Assembly (NCBI GenBank): GCA_945871035.1
Contig: CAMBUD010000003.1
Coordinates: 25,238-89,237, forward strand
Reading direction: 5' to 3'
DNA from: Planctomicrobium piriforme
GTDB lineage: Bacteria > Planctomycetota > Planctomycetia > Pirellulales > UBA1268
Length of the DNA: 64,000 bases
Shown: piece after piece, positions 1-11,621 of the stretch
Numbering within the stretch: position 1 is the first letter of the stretch
Layout: each line of letters begins with the position of its first letter
The notes under the pieces: model-generated
What the model was told of the DNA's origin: nothing
Database searches by the model: none
The model's input: only the letters and a program-made list of their open reading frames with translations
Made by a program: the position numbers and the translations under genes

Positions 1-741
1 TGTAAAGCGATCGACGATTTCATCCAGTGAGCCATCGTAGAGAATATCGCCGTGAGTGATGACGACAACTCGCTCGCAGAGGGCCGCAACGTCCTTCATG
101 TAATGCGTCGTGAGCACAACAGTCATCTGCCGCTGAGCCTGCACATGGGTCAAGAAGCGATGGAGCGTGTGTTGGGCAACAACATCGAGACCAATCGTCG
201 GTTCGTCCAGAAAGAGCACCTGCGGTTCGTGCAGCAGTGCTGCCACCAGTTCCAGCTTCATCCGCTCTCCAAGAGATAACTCCCGCACCGGCTGCAGAAG
301 GATTTTTCGCACGTCCAGCATGTCGACCAATTCGTCGCGCGTGCGCTCAAAGCGCGCCGTATCAATCCGATAGATCTCCTTGTGGAGCCGGAAGCTCTCG
401 GCGGCAGGAAGATCCCACCACAACTGATTCCGTTGGCCCATCACCAACGCAAACCGACGCCGAAAATCATCGGCCCGCTCCCACGGCACATGGCCAAGCA
501 CCTGCGCGGTGCCGCGCGTAGGCGTGATGATCCCGGAGAGGAGTTTGAGAAACGTTGTTTTGCCGGCGCCATTTGGACCCAACAGCGCCACAAATTCTCC
601 ACGACCAACGCTCAGATTAACGCCGCGCAGGGCATGCACTATCCGGCTTTTGCGTTGGAACAAACCGCTGATACTCGCCAGTAAACCTTCTGGCTTATCA
701 TAGACACGATACTCCTTGGCTAAAGACTCGACCGCAATCAC
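1..741 (-). CDS. ABC transporter ATP-binding protein (C-terminus cut by window edge)
   Basis: Absent from the ORF track because it runs off the window edge. My minus-strand translation from GTG at 741 gives [19 protein letters not shown]. It shows Walker [13 protein letters not shown] signature LSLGERMK, Walker B LFLDEPT and H-loop TTHYM. Confidence 0.85.
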   Translation of the reverse strand, partial: MIAVESLAKEYRVYDKPEGLLASISGLFQRKSRIVHALRGVNLSVGRGEFVALLGPNGAGKTTFLKLLSGIITPTRGTAQVLGHVPWERADDFRRRFALVMGQRNQLWWDLPAAESFRLHKEIYRIDTARFERTRDELVDMLDVRKILLQPVRELSLGERMKLELVAALLHEPQVLFLDEPTIGLDVVAQHTLHRFLTHVQAQRQMTVVLTTHYMKDVAALCERVVVITHGDILYDGSLDEIVDRFT

Positions 742-844
742 AGGCTCACGGCCAGCATCCTCACGCGATGCGGCCCGACTTTTCTGCGGATGGATGGCGG
801 CGTTTTGGCTGGAGTTGTGCATCGGGGAAGTATAGGGGAAAACC

Positions 845-1354
845 ATGTTCAACCTCTTGAAGGAGAATCCACTGGTGTTTCGCATCGGCCTTGGTCACGA
901 TACGCACAGACTCATCCCAGGCAATGCCCTCATAATCGGCGGCATCCAAATCGAGCACGATCGGCAGGCCGTTGGCCATAGCGACGCCGACGTGTTGCTG
1001 CATGCCATTACTGATGCCTTGCTGGGAGCATCGGCTCTCGGGGACATTGGCGAGATGTTTCCCGACTCTGATCCCGCCAATCAGGGGCGTGACTCCGCTG
1101 AGATGTTGCGGGCGGCATACCAAAGGATTCTGGCTGCTGGTTGGAACATTGTGAATCTGGATTGCGTGATTTTCGCCCAGCGCCCCAAAATCCTTCCTCA
1201 CCGTTTGCGGATTCGCCAGCGGATCGCGGCACTGCTTGATCGAGGTGTAGATACGGTTTGGCTCAAAGCCAAGACCGGCGAGGGCATCGGGCCGATTGGT
1301 GAGGAGCAGGCAATTGCGGCCGAGTGCATAGTACTCATAGAACGATCACACTGA
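845..1354 (+). CDS. ispF: 2-C-methyl-D-erythritol 2,4-cyclodiphosphate synthase
   Basis: 169-aa ORF with [28 protein letters not shown] and GDIGEMFPD motifs, typical of IspF. Confidence 0.9.
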   Translation: MFNLLKENPLVFRIGLGHDTHRLIPGNALIIGGIQIEHDRQAVGHSDADVLLHAITDALLGASALGDIGEMFPDSDPANQGRDSAEMLRAAYQRILAAGWNIVNLDCVIFAQRPKILPHRLRIRQRIAALLDRGVDTVWLKAKTGEGIGPIGEEQAIAAECIVLIERSH

Positions 1355-1371
1355 AAAAGGAGAAAAAGATT

Positions 1372-2973
1372 GCTATGGCGATGACAGAAACCAAGCGGAG
1401 CGACGTGCCAGCGGAAACACTGCCGACCATCGAGATCTACAATACGCTTACGAAGAAAAAAACGCCGCTCATCACGGTCAAGCCTGGTCGGGTCAGCATG
1501 TATCTATGCGGACCGACCGTCTACAAGCCGAGCCACGTTGGCCATATGGTCGGCCCGGTGATCTTTGACACCGTCAAAAGGTATCTGGAGTACTCCGGCT
1601 GGCAGGTAACGTGGGTGGTGAACATCACCGATGTTGACGATAAGATCATCGCCGAGAGTGCGGCGCGTGGCACCACGATGGACAAACTGGCCGCGGAAAT
1701 GACGGCCGATTACTGCACTAATTTGGCGGCCTTGGGGATTGAATCCATCGACGCAATGCCGAAGGCAACGGAGCACATCGACACAATCATCGCGTTTATC
1801 GAGGGCCTGATTGCGAAGGGATGTGCTTATGAATCCGAGGGCGACGTTTATTTCGATGTCGTGAAGGATGCCGACTACGGCAAGCTCACCAACCGCACAG
1901 TCGACAGCATGCAGGGCGAAGGCGGTTCGACCGCTGATCGCAAGCGGTCGACAGCGGATTTCGCACTGTGGAAAAAAGCCAAGGCGAGCGAGCCTTCATG
2001 GAAAAGCCCATGGGGGCCGGGTCGGCCGGGTTGGCACATCGAGTGCTCAGCCATGAGCCGTGCGCTGCTGGGAGAGCATTTTGATATTCATGGCGGTGGT
2101 CTCGATCTTATTTTCCCTCACCACGAAAACGAGATCGCCCAAAGCGAGTCGCTACACAATTGTCCAATGGCCACCTACTGGATGCACAACGGTCTCATGC
2201 AGGCGGCCGGTGGCAGCGGAAAAGTAGGCGGCCGACCCCGCGACGCCATCGACTCCAAGGCCCCTGCACTGGATGAAGCCACCGCCCAGGCAGCCACAAA
2301 GATAAGCAAGTCAACCGGCGCCGAACCGTTTAAAAACCTCCTCCAGCGACACCGACCGGAAGCCATCCGCGTGCTGCTGCTCTCCACTCACTACCGCAGT
2401 CCGATTCACTTCGGCGAAGAACCGCTCAGCGAATGCGCGCGTGCAATGGAGGCTTTTGAGCGACTCTTTACGCGTTGCCGGCGGATCACTGGTACGGCTT
2501 TTTACACGCTGCCGCTGCGCAACCGCCGTGCAGGCGCTGCCGCTGTGCCGGCAGCCGGAGACGATGCACGAGCCCTCCGCGATAAGTTTTTGGCGGCAAT
2601 GGACGACGACTTCAATACGGCTCTTGGGATCGCCACGCTCTTCGACTTCGTGCGCGTTGTCAACAAGCATATCGACCAAAATGGGCTTGAAAAAACGCCG
2701 GCGACACAGCCGTGCCAGGTTCTGGATGCCATGCTGCTAGTCCTGCGTGAACTCACAGGCACGCTCGGGCTTTTTCTTAAAGAGCCCCCAGCCGTCACCA
2801 GCAGTGCTGACGCAGAAACCGTATCGAAACTGATGGAATTAGTCATTGAAATCCGGGCCAGAGCCAGAGCCGCCAAGGACTTCTCTACCGCCGATCTGGT
2901 GCGCACCAAGCTCACAGAGGCTGGCATCGCACTCGAAGACCGCGCTGACGGCACGCTCTGGACGCAGAAATAA
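1372..2973 (+). CDS. cysS: cysteine--tRNA ligase
   Basis: CGPTVYKPSHVGH (HIGH region), WHIECSAM, FDIHGGGLDLIFPHHENEIAQSE and a KMSKS variant KISKS. I moved the start to ATG 1372, which has AAGGAG upstream and avoids overlapping ispF. Confidence 0.9.
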   Translation, partial: AMAMTETKRSDVPAETLPTIEIYNTLTKKKTPLITVKPGRVSMYLCGPTVYKPSHVGHMVGPVIFDTVKRYLEYSGWQVTWVVNITDVDDKIIAESAARGTTMDKLAAEMTADYCTNLAALGIESIDAMPKATEHIDTIIAFIEGLIAKGCAYESEGDVYFDVVKDADYGKLTNRTVDSMQGEGGSTADRKRSTADFALWKKAKASEPSWKSPWGPGRPGWHIECSAMSRALLGEHFDIHGGGLDLIFPHHENEIAQSESLHNCPMATYWMHNGLMQAAGGSGKVGGRPRDAIDSKAPALDEATAQAATKISKSTGAEPFKNLLQRHRPEAIRVLLLSTHYRSPIHFGEEPLSECARAMEAFERLFTRCRRITGTAFYTLPLRNRRAGAAAVPAAGDDARALRDKFLAAMDDDFNTALGIATLFDFVRVVNKHIDQNGLEKTPATQPCQVLDAMLLVLRELTGTLGLFLKEPPAVTSSADAETVSKLMELVIEIRARARAAKDFSTADLVRTKLTEAGIALEDRADGTLWTQK

Positions 2974-3015
2974 AACCCCGCAGCCAGACCGGTAGCCAGA
3001 CCCGCAGCGATGGGC

Positions 3016-4380
<1,365 letters not shown>

Positions 4381-4518
4381 TCATACGATAGCAAAAGTGG
4401 GCGACCGCGTCCCAATCGCCTCTGGAAGGGCAGCAATCCCTAGGCACGCCACAGCAAACGCTCCCGTCGCCGTGCGCAAATCGGACTCAACTCTGAAAAG
4501 ACTTGTCTGCAAACGCAG

Positions 4519-5919
4519 CTATAGAGTTTTAAGATATTCCAGCAGTGCCGCTTTTTCTTCCTCATCCAGCGCGTCTGGAAAGTCGTGACCGGCGGCACTC
4601 TTGCCGGGCTTCGAGGTATCAAAATAGGTGCGACGTTCGGCAGCCGAGAGCTTACCAGGCGGCAGTGATTGAAACTCGGTGATCTCTAGGCCAACCCGTT
4701 GTTGATCGTAGCCGGTTGGCGTGCGTTGCCAGACGGTTGGTCGCTCGGTGGGATGAAGAATGTGCCAGAGCGTTGCCACGGAGCCGTTGTGTAAATACGG
4801 CGCGCTGGCCCACAGACCATCCAGCGGAGGAGCGACATAGCCGATCGGATTCGCTCGTCCATCGTCGGTCTCACGGTTGAAATTCCCAAACCAACTCTGG
4901 TTCAAATCGAGCCGCTCTTGCACCGTGAGTGACTTAAACCGTGTGCGATCAGTGCCCACTTCATCGATGGCGATCATTTTTTCTGGGTAGGCAACCGGTG
5001 ATTCGTATCGACCGTGGCACGTCGCGCAGTGCGTCCCAAAAACCACGCGTCCCTTGTCGGCAAGCGGCCGGTCGATTGCCCACGGCCACCGTGGCGGTTT
5101 GAGCGTTTGCAGCCACGACTCAATCATCCGGAAATCATCTTCCCACTGACGAAATGTCGCGGGCTCATTTTCCTTGACCAGTAAAAACTGCATCAGCATC
5201 CTATGACCTTTCGGTGCAAATCCGTCCGCGTAGAGATGTGTGCGCCGTTGGTAATGCCACCACGGGGGTGCATCCATGTCGTGGTGGATGAGGTCAAATC
5301 GCGGGGCACGCGGCACGATCTCCAATTCGGCATTACGGTGCCGCATGAGGGCGACGCCAAACATCACTGCGTTAGTCGTGCCGTTGGTCGTGCCGAGCGG
5401 TAAAAATAGAGAGCCGATATCCATCTGCCCGAATGGCTTTCGCTGTCGCACCTTGACGAGACGAACATCTTCCGTGAGTGTTTCCAAGGCGTAATTTGTA
5501 TTGGGCAACCCGGGGATTGTGCGGCCGTTCACCTGTCCCTGATGGCAGGCAAGGCAGCTCATGATCCACAGGCCATTTTTATCGACGACATACTGCAGCG
5601 AATGCGCTCGGTTTTCTGGATCAGGCAGCAGGCCATAACGTTGCATCGCCATCTGGTGTCGCTCCTGCGGCGAAGCTTTCTCTGCACGGCCTCGCAGCGG
5701 TTGCTCCCACGTTGTCCACAGTTCATCGAAAATCTCTTGGTCGAAGTCTGGGGGCAAATAGGCTCGTGAACGCAACAACTTCCAGCCCTGCGCGGCACGC
5801 GAATCTTGCGTTTCGACTGCGAGGCTGCTGCCCACTGGCTGGCAAGCCAGTAGCAACATGACCGAGACCAGCCAGCCAGCCCCTCTGGGCAAACCGCGTT
5901 CATCTCTGAATGCTTTCAT
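4519..5919 (-). CDS. secreted di-haem c-type cytochrome (CCP/MauG-like or DUF1111-like)
   Basis: N-terminal hydrophobic signal (WLVSVMLLLACQP). Two CxxCH motifs (CLACH, CATCH) and a distal SAPYLHNGSVATLWHIL motif typical of di-haem peroxidase-like proteins. Confidence 0.6.
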   Translation of the reverse strand: MKAFRDERGLPRGAGWLVSVMLLLACQPVGSSLAVETQDSRAAQGWKLLRSRAYLPPDFDQEIFDELWTTWEQPLRGRAEKASPQERHQMAMQRYGLLPDPENRAHSLQYVVDKNGLWIMSCLACHQGQVNGRTIPGLPNTNYALETLTEDVRLVKVRQRKPFGQMDIGSLFLPLGTTNGTTNAVMFGVALMRHRNAELEIVPRAPRFDLIHHDMDAPPWWHYQRRTHLYADGFAPKGHRMLMQFLLVKENEPATFRQWEDDFRMIESWLQTLKPPRWPWAIDRPLADKGRVVFGTHCATCHGRYESPVAYPEKMIAIDEVGTDRTRFKSLTVQERLDLNQSWFGNFNRETDDGRANPIGYVAPPLDGLWASAPYLHNGSVATLWHILHPTERPTVWQRTPTGYDQQRVGLEITEFQSLPPGKLSAAERRTYFDTSKPGKSAAGHDFPDALDEEEKAALLEYLKTL

Positions 5920-6078
5920 GGCATACTACGATTGTGTTGGATCCTATTCGTTCGCATGAGGCAACGCTTGCTTCCGTTGCATTTCATGACACAGTATAGA
6001 CAAGACCGCCCACCTGACAGCCGCGTGTAAACGCATCCCTAGCCCACCTTTTTTCTCATCCCCTCGGCGAACACTCGC

Positions 6079-7419
6079 ATGGTCACAGCTAATCCAATCC
6101 TGATTCCGGAGCTGCGGCTGTTGTTGACCGAGAGCGACACCGCTGGGCTGCGTGAGGTGGCCCAAGAACTCCATCCGGCTACGGTAGCCGAGTTTTCCGA
6201 AGGACTCGACGATCAAGAGATCTGGCAGTTGCTCGACGCTGTGTCTGTCGAGCGGCAGGCAGAAATTTTCCCGTATTACTCGATGACCAGACAGGTCGAA
6301 CTCGTACAATCCGCTGACCGCGTGCGCTTGGGCGCTCTGCTGGAGTGGATGGCGGCTGACAATCGCGACGACCTCCTCCGCGAACTCGACTCCGACATGG
6401 TGGACGAGATTCTGCCGCTCGTGGCGAAGGCCGAACGGCACGACATTCGTATGCTCCTCTCCTGTCCTGAGGATTCTGCTGGCACGTTGATGACGACCGA
6501 ATATGCCTCGCTGCCGGCAGACATCACAGCCGGCGAAGCAGTGACGCGTCTGCGTTCACAGGCCCCCAACAGCGAGTCAATTTACTACATCTACGTTCTT
6601 GACTCCGATCGCACACTTGTTGGATTCGTATCGTTGCGAGACCTGATCATGGCCAGGCCGACAGCGCTCGTGTCGGAACTGATGCAGCGCGACCCGATCA
6701 GCGTCCGTGTTGATGAACAGAGCGAGTTTGTCGTGCAAAAACTAGCGCGTTTTGACTTCATTGCGATTCCCGTTGTCGACGATCACAACCGGCTCGTCGG
6801 CATTGTTACGCACGACGATGTGCTCGATGCAGTGCGACAAGATGCAACTGACGACGCGCAGCGGATTGCCGCTATTGCCCCGCTGGGCGAGAGCTATCTG
6901 GAAGCGGCAATCCTTTCAATGACTTGGAAGCGAGGTGTTTGGCTCACCATTTTATTTGCCACAGCGGCCGTCACGGCCATGGTGCTGGCCCGCTCCCCGA
7001 TTCAGCACGTGTGGCTGGTAGCTTTTATTCCACTGATCATTGCCAGCGGTGGAAACTCTGGTAACCAATCTGCCACGCTGGTGATCACCGCCCTTTCCAC
7101 CGGCGACTGTCGCCTCGCCGACTGGCCACGAATCTTGAAACGTGAATGCGTACTGGGATTGCTACTCGGCATACTGCTGGCAGTGCCTGGCTACTGCCTG
7201 GCGCTGGTCTATGCACCCAACCCAGCAGCTGCAACAGTGATTCCGCTCACCATTCTTGGTGTGGTGATGATGGGCACAATGGTGGGATCGGTGCTGCCGC
7301 TGCTCTTTCGGTCTGTGGGACTCGATCCGGCGCTCATGAGCAATCCCTTCGTATCGGCAATCGTCGATGTTGTTGGGATCGTGCTCTACATGCTGATTGC
7401 AATCCTGTTACTCGGCTGA
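6079..7419 (+). CDS. mgtE: magnesium transporter MgtE
   Basis: MgtE N-domain, a CBS pair (IYYIYVLD...LVGFVSLRDL; IPVVDDHNRLVGIVTHDDV) and a membrane domain with IASGGNSGNQSATLVI. Confidence 0.9.
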   Translation: MVTANPILIPELRLLLTESDTAGLREVAQELHPATVAEFSEGLDDQEIWQLLDAVSVERQAEIFPYYSMTRQVELVQSADRVRLGALLEWMAADNRDDLLRELDSDMVDEILPLVAKAERHDIRMLLSCPEDSAGTLMTTEYASLPADITAGEAVTRLRSQAPNSESIYYIYVLDSDRTLVGFVSLRDLIMARPTALVSELMQRDPISVRVDEQSEFVVQKLARFDFIAIPVVDDHNRLVGIVTHDDVLDAVRQDATDDAQRIAAIAPLGESYLEAAILSMTWKRGVWLTILFATAAVTAMVLARSPIQHVWLVAFIPLIIASGGNSGNQSATLVITALSTGDCRLADWPRILKRECVLGLLLGILLAVPGYCLALVYAPNPAAATVIPLTILGVVMMGTMVGSVLPLLFRSVGLDPALMSNPFVSAIVDVVGIVLYMLIAILLLG

Positions 7420-8436
7420 TCAATCGAGCGAACGATCCAGCGCAGCGGCAATGCGACGGCAAACGCTCATCAATTGTCCGAAGGCGGGGAGGTCGAGCGT
7501 CTGACCACCGTCACTTGCCGCCAGCTTCGGATCGGGATGCACTTCAACGATCAGACCATCGGCGCCAGCAGCAATGCTGGCTGCTGCCATGCTCTCCACC
7601 AGATTCGCATGGCCTGTGCCATGGCTGGGGTCGACAATAACGGGCAGGTGCGTGCGGGCATGCAGCCAAGGGATGGTCGCCAGAGGAAGCGTAAACCGCG
7701 TGTGCGTTTCGAACGTACGAATGCCACGCTCGCACAGCATCACCTGCCGATTGCCGCCAGCGAGGATGTATTCGGCCGCCAGTAAAAGCTCTTCCAGAGT
7801 TGCTGCTGGCCCGCGTTTGAGCAGCACCGGCACGTGCGTGTGTCCGATTGCCTCCAGCAACCGGTAGTTCTGCATGTTGCGAGCACCCACCTGCAGCACG
7901 TCTGCATAGCGGGCCACCAACGGGACGTCTTCGGGGGAAACAACTTCGGTCACGATTGCCAACCCCGTCTCCTCGCGAGCTTCGGCCAGCAGTTGAAGCC
8001 CTTGTTCTTTCAGTCCCTGAAAGCTGTAGGGACTGGTGCGCGGCTTAAACGCTCCGCCGCGAAGACCTGTCGCGCCGAGTTTTTTCACAGCCCTAGCCGT
8101 CTCGAGAATCTGCTCACGACTCTCCACTGCACAGGGACCAGCGATCACGCCGATCCTTTTTCCACCCACTACAAGTGAGCCTGCTTTGACAACGGTTGGC
8201 TCGCTTTGCACCTCACGACTAGCGACCTTGTAGGGTGCTAGAATCGGCAGCACAGAAGCGACGCCCGGGAGCGTTTCCAGGCCGGAAGCAGTGGCGGCAC
8301 GCTCAGCGCCGACAACAGCGACCACGGTGCGCTCTGTGCCCACGATCACATGCGGTCGCAGTCCCATTCCTTCCACGTGCGAAACCACCTGAGCAAGATC
8401 GACTGGAGTGGCATGCGCCTGCATAACGATAATCAT
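7420..8436 (-). CDS. 3-deoxy-7-phosphoheptulonate (DAHP) synthase, type I-beta with N-terminal regulatory domain
   Basis: 338 aa. A ferredoxin-like N-terminus (MIIVMQAH...VVGAE) is followed by [33 protein letters not shown] and DPSHGTG. Confidence 0.85.
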   Translation of the reverse strand: MIIVMQAHATPVDLAQVVSHVEGMGLRPHVIVGTERTVVAVVGAERAATASGLETLPGVASVLPILAPYKVASREVQSEPTVVKAGSLVVGGKRIGVIAGPCAVESREQILETARAVKKLGATGLRGGAFKPRTSPYSFQGLKEQGLQLLAEAREETGLAIVTEVVSPEDVPLVARYADVLQVGARNMQNYRLLEAIGHTHVPVLLKRGPAATLEELLLAAEYILAGGNRQVMLCERGIRTFETHTRFTLPLATIPWLHARTHLPVIVDPSHGTGHANLVESMAAASIAAGADGLIVEVHPDPKLAASDGGQTLDLPAFGQLMSVCRRIAAALDRSLD

Positions 8437-11400
8437 TTTTTTGTTCCTGCCGGTTTTTCTTCCACCTTCGGCGCTTCAAAGCCGGGGGGGAGCTTGTCGC
8501 CGCGCTTGGCGACAGCCGCCCGCGTTGTGATATCGATTGATTCCACGCCATCTTTGGTGCGCACAACGTAGACGAGCTTGCCGTCAGTGTTGCTCTTGGC
8601 CAGAATCTTACGCAGAATGGCGTCGGCTGTTTGATCGCGTTCCTCAAGGGCAAAGGATTGGTTTTTTGTGATGCCCTCAAGTTGCAGATCAGGGCCTTGA
8701 ATTTCGATCGCTGTGCCCGTTTCTTCCGATAGCATCTGCACCGATTTTTCGAGCGTATCGCGGGCAAAGGTGAGTGAGATTTTCTTTTGGAGCTTTTGGA
8801 GGGCTCCTTGCGCAGCTTTGCTGCTGTCGCCCTCTTTTTTCGGTGTCGCTGCCGAGCTATTGGCAAGTCCTCCTACGGCACCAGGAGACTGTTCGAGGGC
8901 AAGTTCGGCAGCGAGCACGAGATTATGCCCGGCATGCTGCGGCAGATAACCATTGAGCACAACTCCTTTCCCCTCAGCTCCTGACCGAGTATTTGCAGCC
9001 AAAATGCGAATCATGGCAGGCAGTCGCAAGACGAGCTTGCGCCCGTAGGGATGTGGATTGAGGTTTGTACAGTATGTTTCAACTTGATCGGCCAAGGCTT
9101 CGATCTTGCCGGCCAATGCCTGAGTGAGAATTTTTGCTGGCGTAGCGAGTGTCGCCACCGTATCGATTTCGATATAAAAGTTGTCGCCAAAATGCAGCGA
9201 CAAGGCTGCGCCCCCTGCCGATTTTCCGAAAAAATCGCCGAGCGGCTCCACGAGCTTTGCGAACGGGCCCGCCATCACCGCCCGGCCATCATTGAGCAGA
9301 TAGGAGGGCGATCCCAGCAGCGTAAGATGACGCTTGCGATCCAGCATGCCGACGAGTACCTCCAGATCCCGAGGCAGGCTAGCTTGAATGCCTTCGGTGG
9401 CACTGACGTCCCGACCGGATTCGATCATCTCTCTAATCGCAGACTCTGGTGCAGTGACAAGCACGTGCCCCTGCTCGGCTGTTGGTAGCCAATACGACAG
9501 CGATGCACCCTTATAAATCGTCTCCCCTTTCAACACCACGCTGCTGGTGTCTCCCCAAGTATTCTTTTTTTCAGCTGAGTCGATTGGCGTGGGCATGGGC
9601 TCTACCAGTCGCAGCATGGAGCCGCTGATAACCTCATCCGAATCGCCTGCCCGCCAGCCGACCTGTAGCACTTCGATCCCTTTCAATTCGCAGCCACAGA
9701 TGCGTGCCAAAGCCTGGACTGCTTGTTCCGCACCTGGCCCAAGCGATCGCACAAAGAGCCGTCCCTCTTCGTCTTCCATGATGTCCGCTGGACGAGCCAG
9801 CAGGATTAACTGCGATCCGGGCAGCAGATACTCAAGCGCTGGCGGCCGGCCGTTGGTCGGAGATGCCCACGGCAAACGAGGGTCATTAATGGGCGCAGGC
9901 GGTGCGACTATTTCTTTTTCGCGCGCTGGATTCACGGCCGGAGGTGACACCTCGGGGGTGGCTGGATTGGGCGGCGTGACCATCTTGCCGGCATCCTTAT
10001 CGGCGTCGACAGGCGCAACCAACGGATCGATCGCTGGTCCGGTTGGCTTTTTGACTGCCTGCGTTGGAGATGGCCGGGCGTTGGTAGTTTTGGGCTGCCC
10101 TTGTTTATCCGGCAACGACAGGGAAATGACGCACACAACCGCAACGGTGAGGAGCAGTCCTGTCACGGCTAAGCCGATGCGGTGCAGTCGCGTTGCTCGA
10201 CGGCGCGCGGCAAGCGTGGCCGCTTGTAGAGCCGTCTCGAGAGCCTGTTTTTTTGGTGGAGGAGTGCCGCTCCAAAGTGCTCCTTCCTGAAGGTTGGGAA
10301 GGCCCGCAGTAAAATCGACGGCTGGCATAGCAGCCACCGCAATCGCTTGCACCTGCGGCGCTAATGGTGGCGACTGAGGTGGCAGTACGCCCGAAGCATT
10401 CGGCAGACCAAAACAGGTGGCAATTGCGGCGGCGGCCTCAGAGGCAGTCGCATACCTGACGGCTGGATCGCGCGCCACCATAGTCGCAATCAGCGATGCC
10501 ACTGCCACTGGCACCAGCGGCGGTCTCAGCGGCGCTGGACCGACAAGCGCCGCCTGCGAAAGCGTATGCTGGGGGTCCTTCTGCCAACAGGCAAGGGAAC
10601 CGGTTAGCAGCGAATGAAAAACACAACCGATTGCATAGACATCGCTGCGTGCGTCACACACTCCGCCTGGCAGCATGAGTTCGGGCGCAAGAAAAGAGGC
10701 CCTGCGCGCCAGACGCTGAATCATCTCGGGGGTATCCGTCGGTACCCGCTGTGGCACCAGATGTGGATCCACTCCCAGTGGGAATTGCAGAAGGCGGATG
10801 TTTCCCGTTCGCTCATTTTGCCCATTCTCCACCGGCTCACGCCGCAGCGTGTCCAGTGACACCGCACCGTGCACGGTGCCCATGCGATGCAACAGGGCTA
10901 CGGCCTGCGCAAGCGCCAGCATGAGCGGCGCCGCCTGAGTCGGAGTGAGCGGCCCAAGACAGGCTAGTTCATCAGCGAGTGCTCTTCCTGAAATATCCTC
11001 GCAGATAATGAAGCGATATTTTTTTGTCTGCTCCAGCGCCCAGGTGCGGCTCAGCATTGCGTCGGCCGCTTGATTCGCGATTGTTGTCCGTCGCACGACT
11101 TCGGTCCACACTTCCAACCGCTTGCACAGCGCACTGTTGAGCAGTACCAGGCAGACGTTGCGGCCCGATGGATCGTGACGGGCTCGAAAGAGCAGGCTGC
11201 TGCCATCACATTCGAGCCTCTCTTCGAGACGGTAATCGTCTATGAAGTAGGGTCCGTGTTCCCCGCGTGCGAGTCGCCGTGCCTGCCACAAACTAAGCAC
11301 CTCTCGCTTCACCAGCCATTCAGCTATCACGGCAGTTGCAACGCCCGGAGAGGCTTGGGCTGCCGACTGGGGCAACCGCTCGGTTGCGGGCGGGATGGCT

Positions 11401-11546
11401 TCAAATTCACGCTGCAGAGTTTTGAGCATTCCCTGATCGATGAGTTTGCTCGCGGCAACGAGTTTCCAGAACTCCTCCGGAATCAGAATTGTCGGGCCAG
11501 CTTTGGACATGCGCCTGCATCCTTCTTGCAATAATTTACGCTTCAA
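8433..11546 (-). CDS. membrane-anchored Ser/Thr protein-kinase-like protein, predicted pseudokinase, with a large C-terminal domain of unknown function
   Basis: Kinase subdomains VIII and IX are retained ([15 protein letters not shown]). The catalytic positions are replaced: VAIK becomes VCLVLL, HRDLKPxN becomes HGAVSLDT, and DFG becomes QFP. One TM helix ([20 protein letters not shown]), a Pro-rich linker, then about 520 aa with no motif I recognise. ATG 11510 is an alternative start. Confidence 0.7.
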   Translation of the reverse strand: MKRKLLQEGCRRMSKAGPTILIPEEFWKLVAASKLIDQGMLKTLQREFEAIPPATERLPQSAAQASPGVATAVIAEWLVKREVLSLWQARRLARGEHGPYFIDDYRLEERLECDGSSLLFRARHDPSGRNVCLVLLNSALCKRLEVWTEVVRRTTIANQAADAMLSRTWALEQTKKYRFIICEDISGRALADELACLGPLTPTQAAPLMLALAQAVALLHRMGTVHGAVSLDTLRREPVENGQNERTGNIRLLQFPLGVDPHLVPQRVPTDTPEMIQRLARRASFLAPELMLPGGVCDARSDVYAIGCVFHSLLTGSLACWQKDPQHTLSQAALVGPAPLRPPLVPVAVASLIATMVARDPAVRYATASEAAAAIATCFGLPNASGVLPPQSPPLAPQVQAIAVAAMPAVDFTAGLPNLQEGALWSGTPPPKKQALETALQAATLAARRRATRLHRIGLAVTGLLLTVAVVCVISLSLPDKQGQPKTTNARPSPTQAVKKPTGPAIDPLVAPVDADKDAGKMVTPPNPATPEVSPPAVNPAREKEIVAPPAPINDPRLPWASPTNGRPPALEYLLPGSQLILLARPADIMEDEEGRLFVRSLGPGAEQAVQALARICGCELKGIEVLQVGWRAGDSDEVISGSMLRLVEPMPTPIDSAEKKNTWGDTSSVVLKGETIYKGASLSYWLPTAEQGHVLVTAPESAIREMIESGRDVSATEGIQASLPRDLEVLVGMLDRKRHLTLLGSPSYLLNDGRAVMAGPFAKLVEPLGDFFGKSAGGAALSLHFGDNFYIEIDTVATLATPAKILTQALAGKIEALADQVETYCTNLNPHPYGRKLVLRLPAMIRILAANTRSGAEGKGVVLNGYLPQHAGHNLVLAAELALEQSPGAVGGLANSSAATPKKEGDSSKAAQGALQKLQKKISLTFARDTLEKSVQMLSEETGTAIEIQGPDLQLEGITKNQSFALEERDQTADAILRKILAKSNTDGKLVYVVRTKDGVESIDITTRAAVAKRGDKLPPGFEAPKVEEKPAGTKK

Positions 11547-11621
11547 TCCTAGCGGTTTTGGTCGTTGGTGGATAAGATCGACTTATTCACACCGTTGTCC
11601 CTAAAGCAGAAGCATCGCTCC

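Noticed and set aside
5920-6078. A possible Mg-sensing M-box leader upstream of mgtE.
   Set aside because: The spacer is about 160 nt, but I could not recognise any M-box conserved helices or sequence blocks. This needs a covariance-model scan before any claim.
9547-10290. Long ORFs antisense to, or out of frame with, confident genes. Examples: 9547-10290(+), 11601-12302(-), 15416-16135(+), 19169-19780(-), 25007-25702(+), 52155-52880(-), 61476-62309(+).
   Set aside because: Each lies wholly inside a gene with strong family motifs on the other strand or frame. Their translations are Arg/Ala/Pro/Ser-rich with no motifs, which is the usual shadow-ORF pattern in DNA of about 60% GC.
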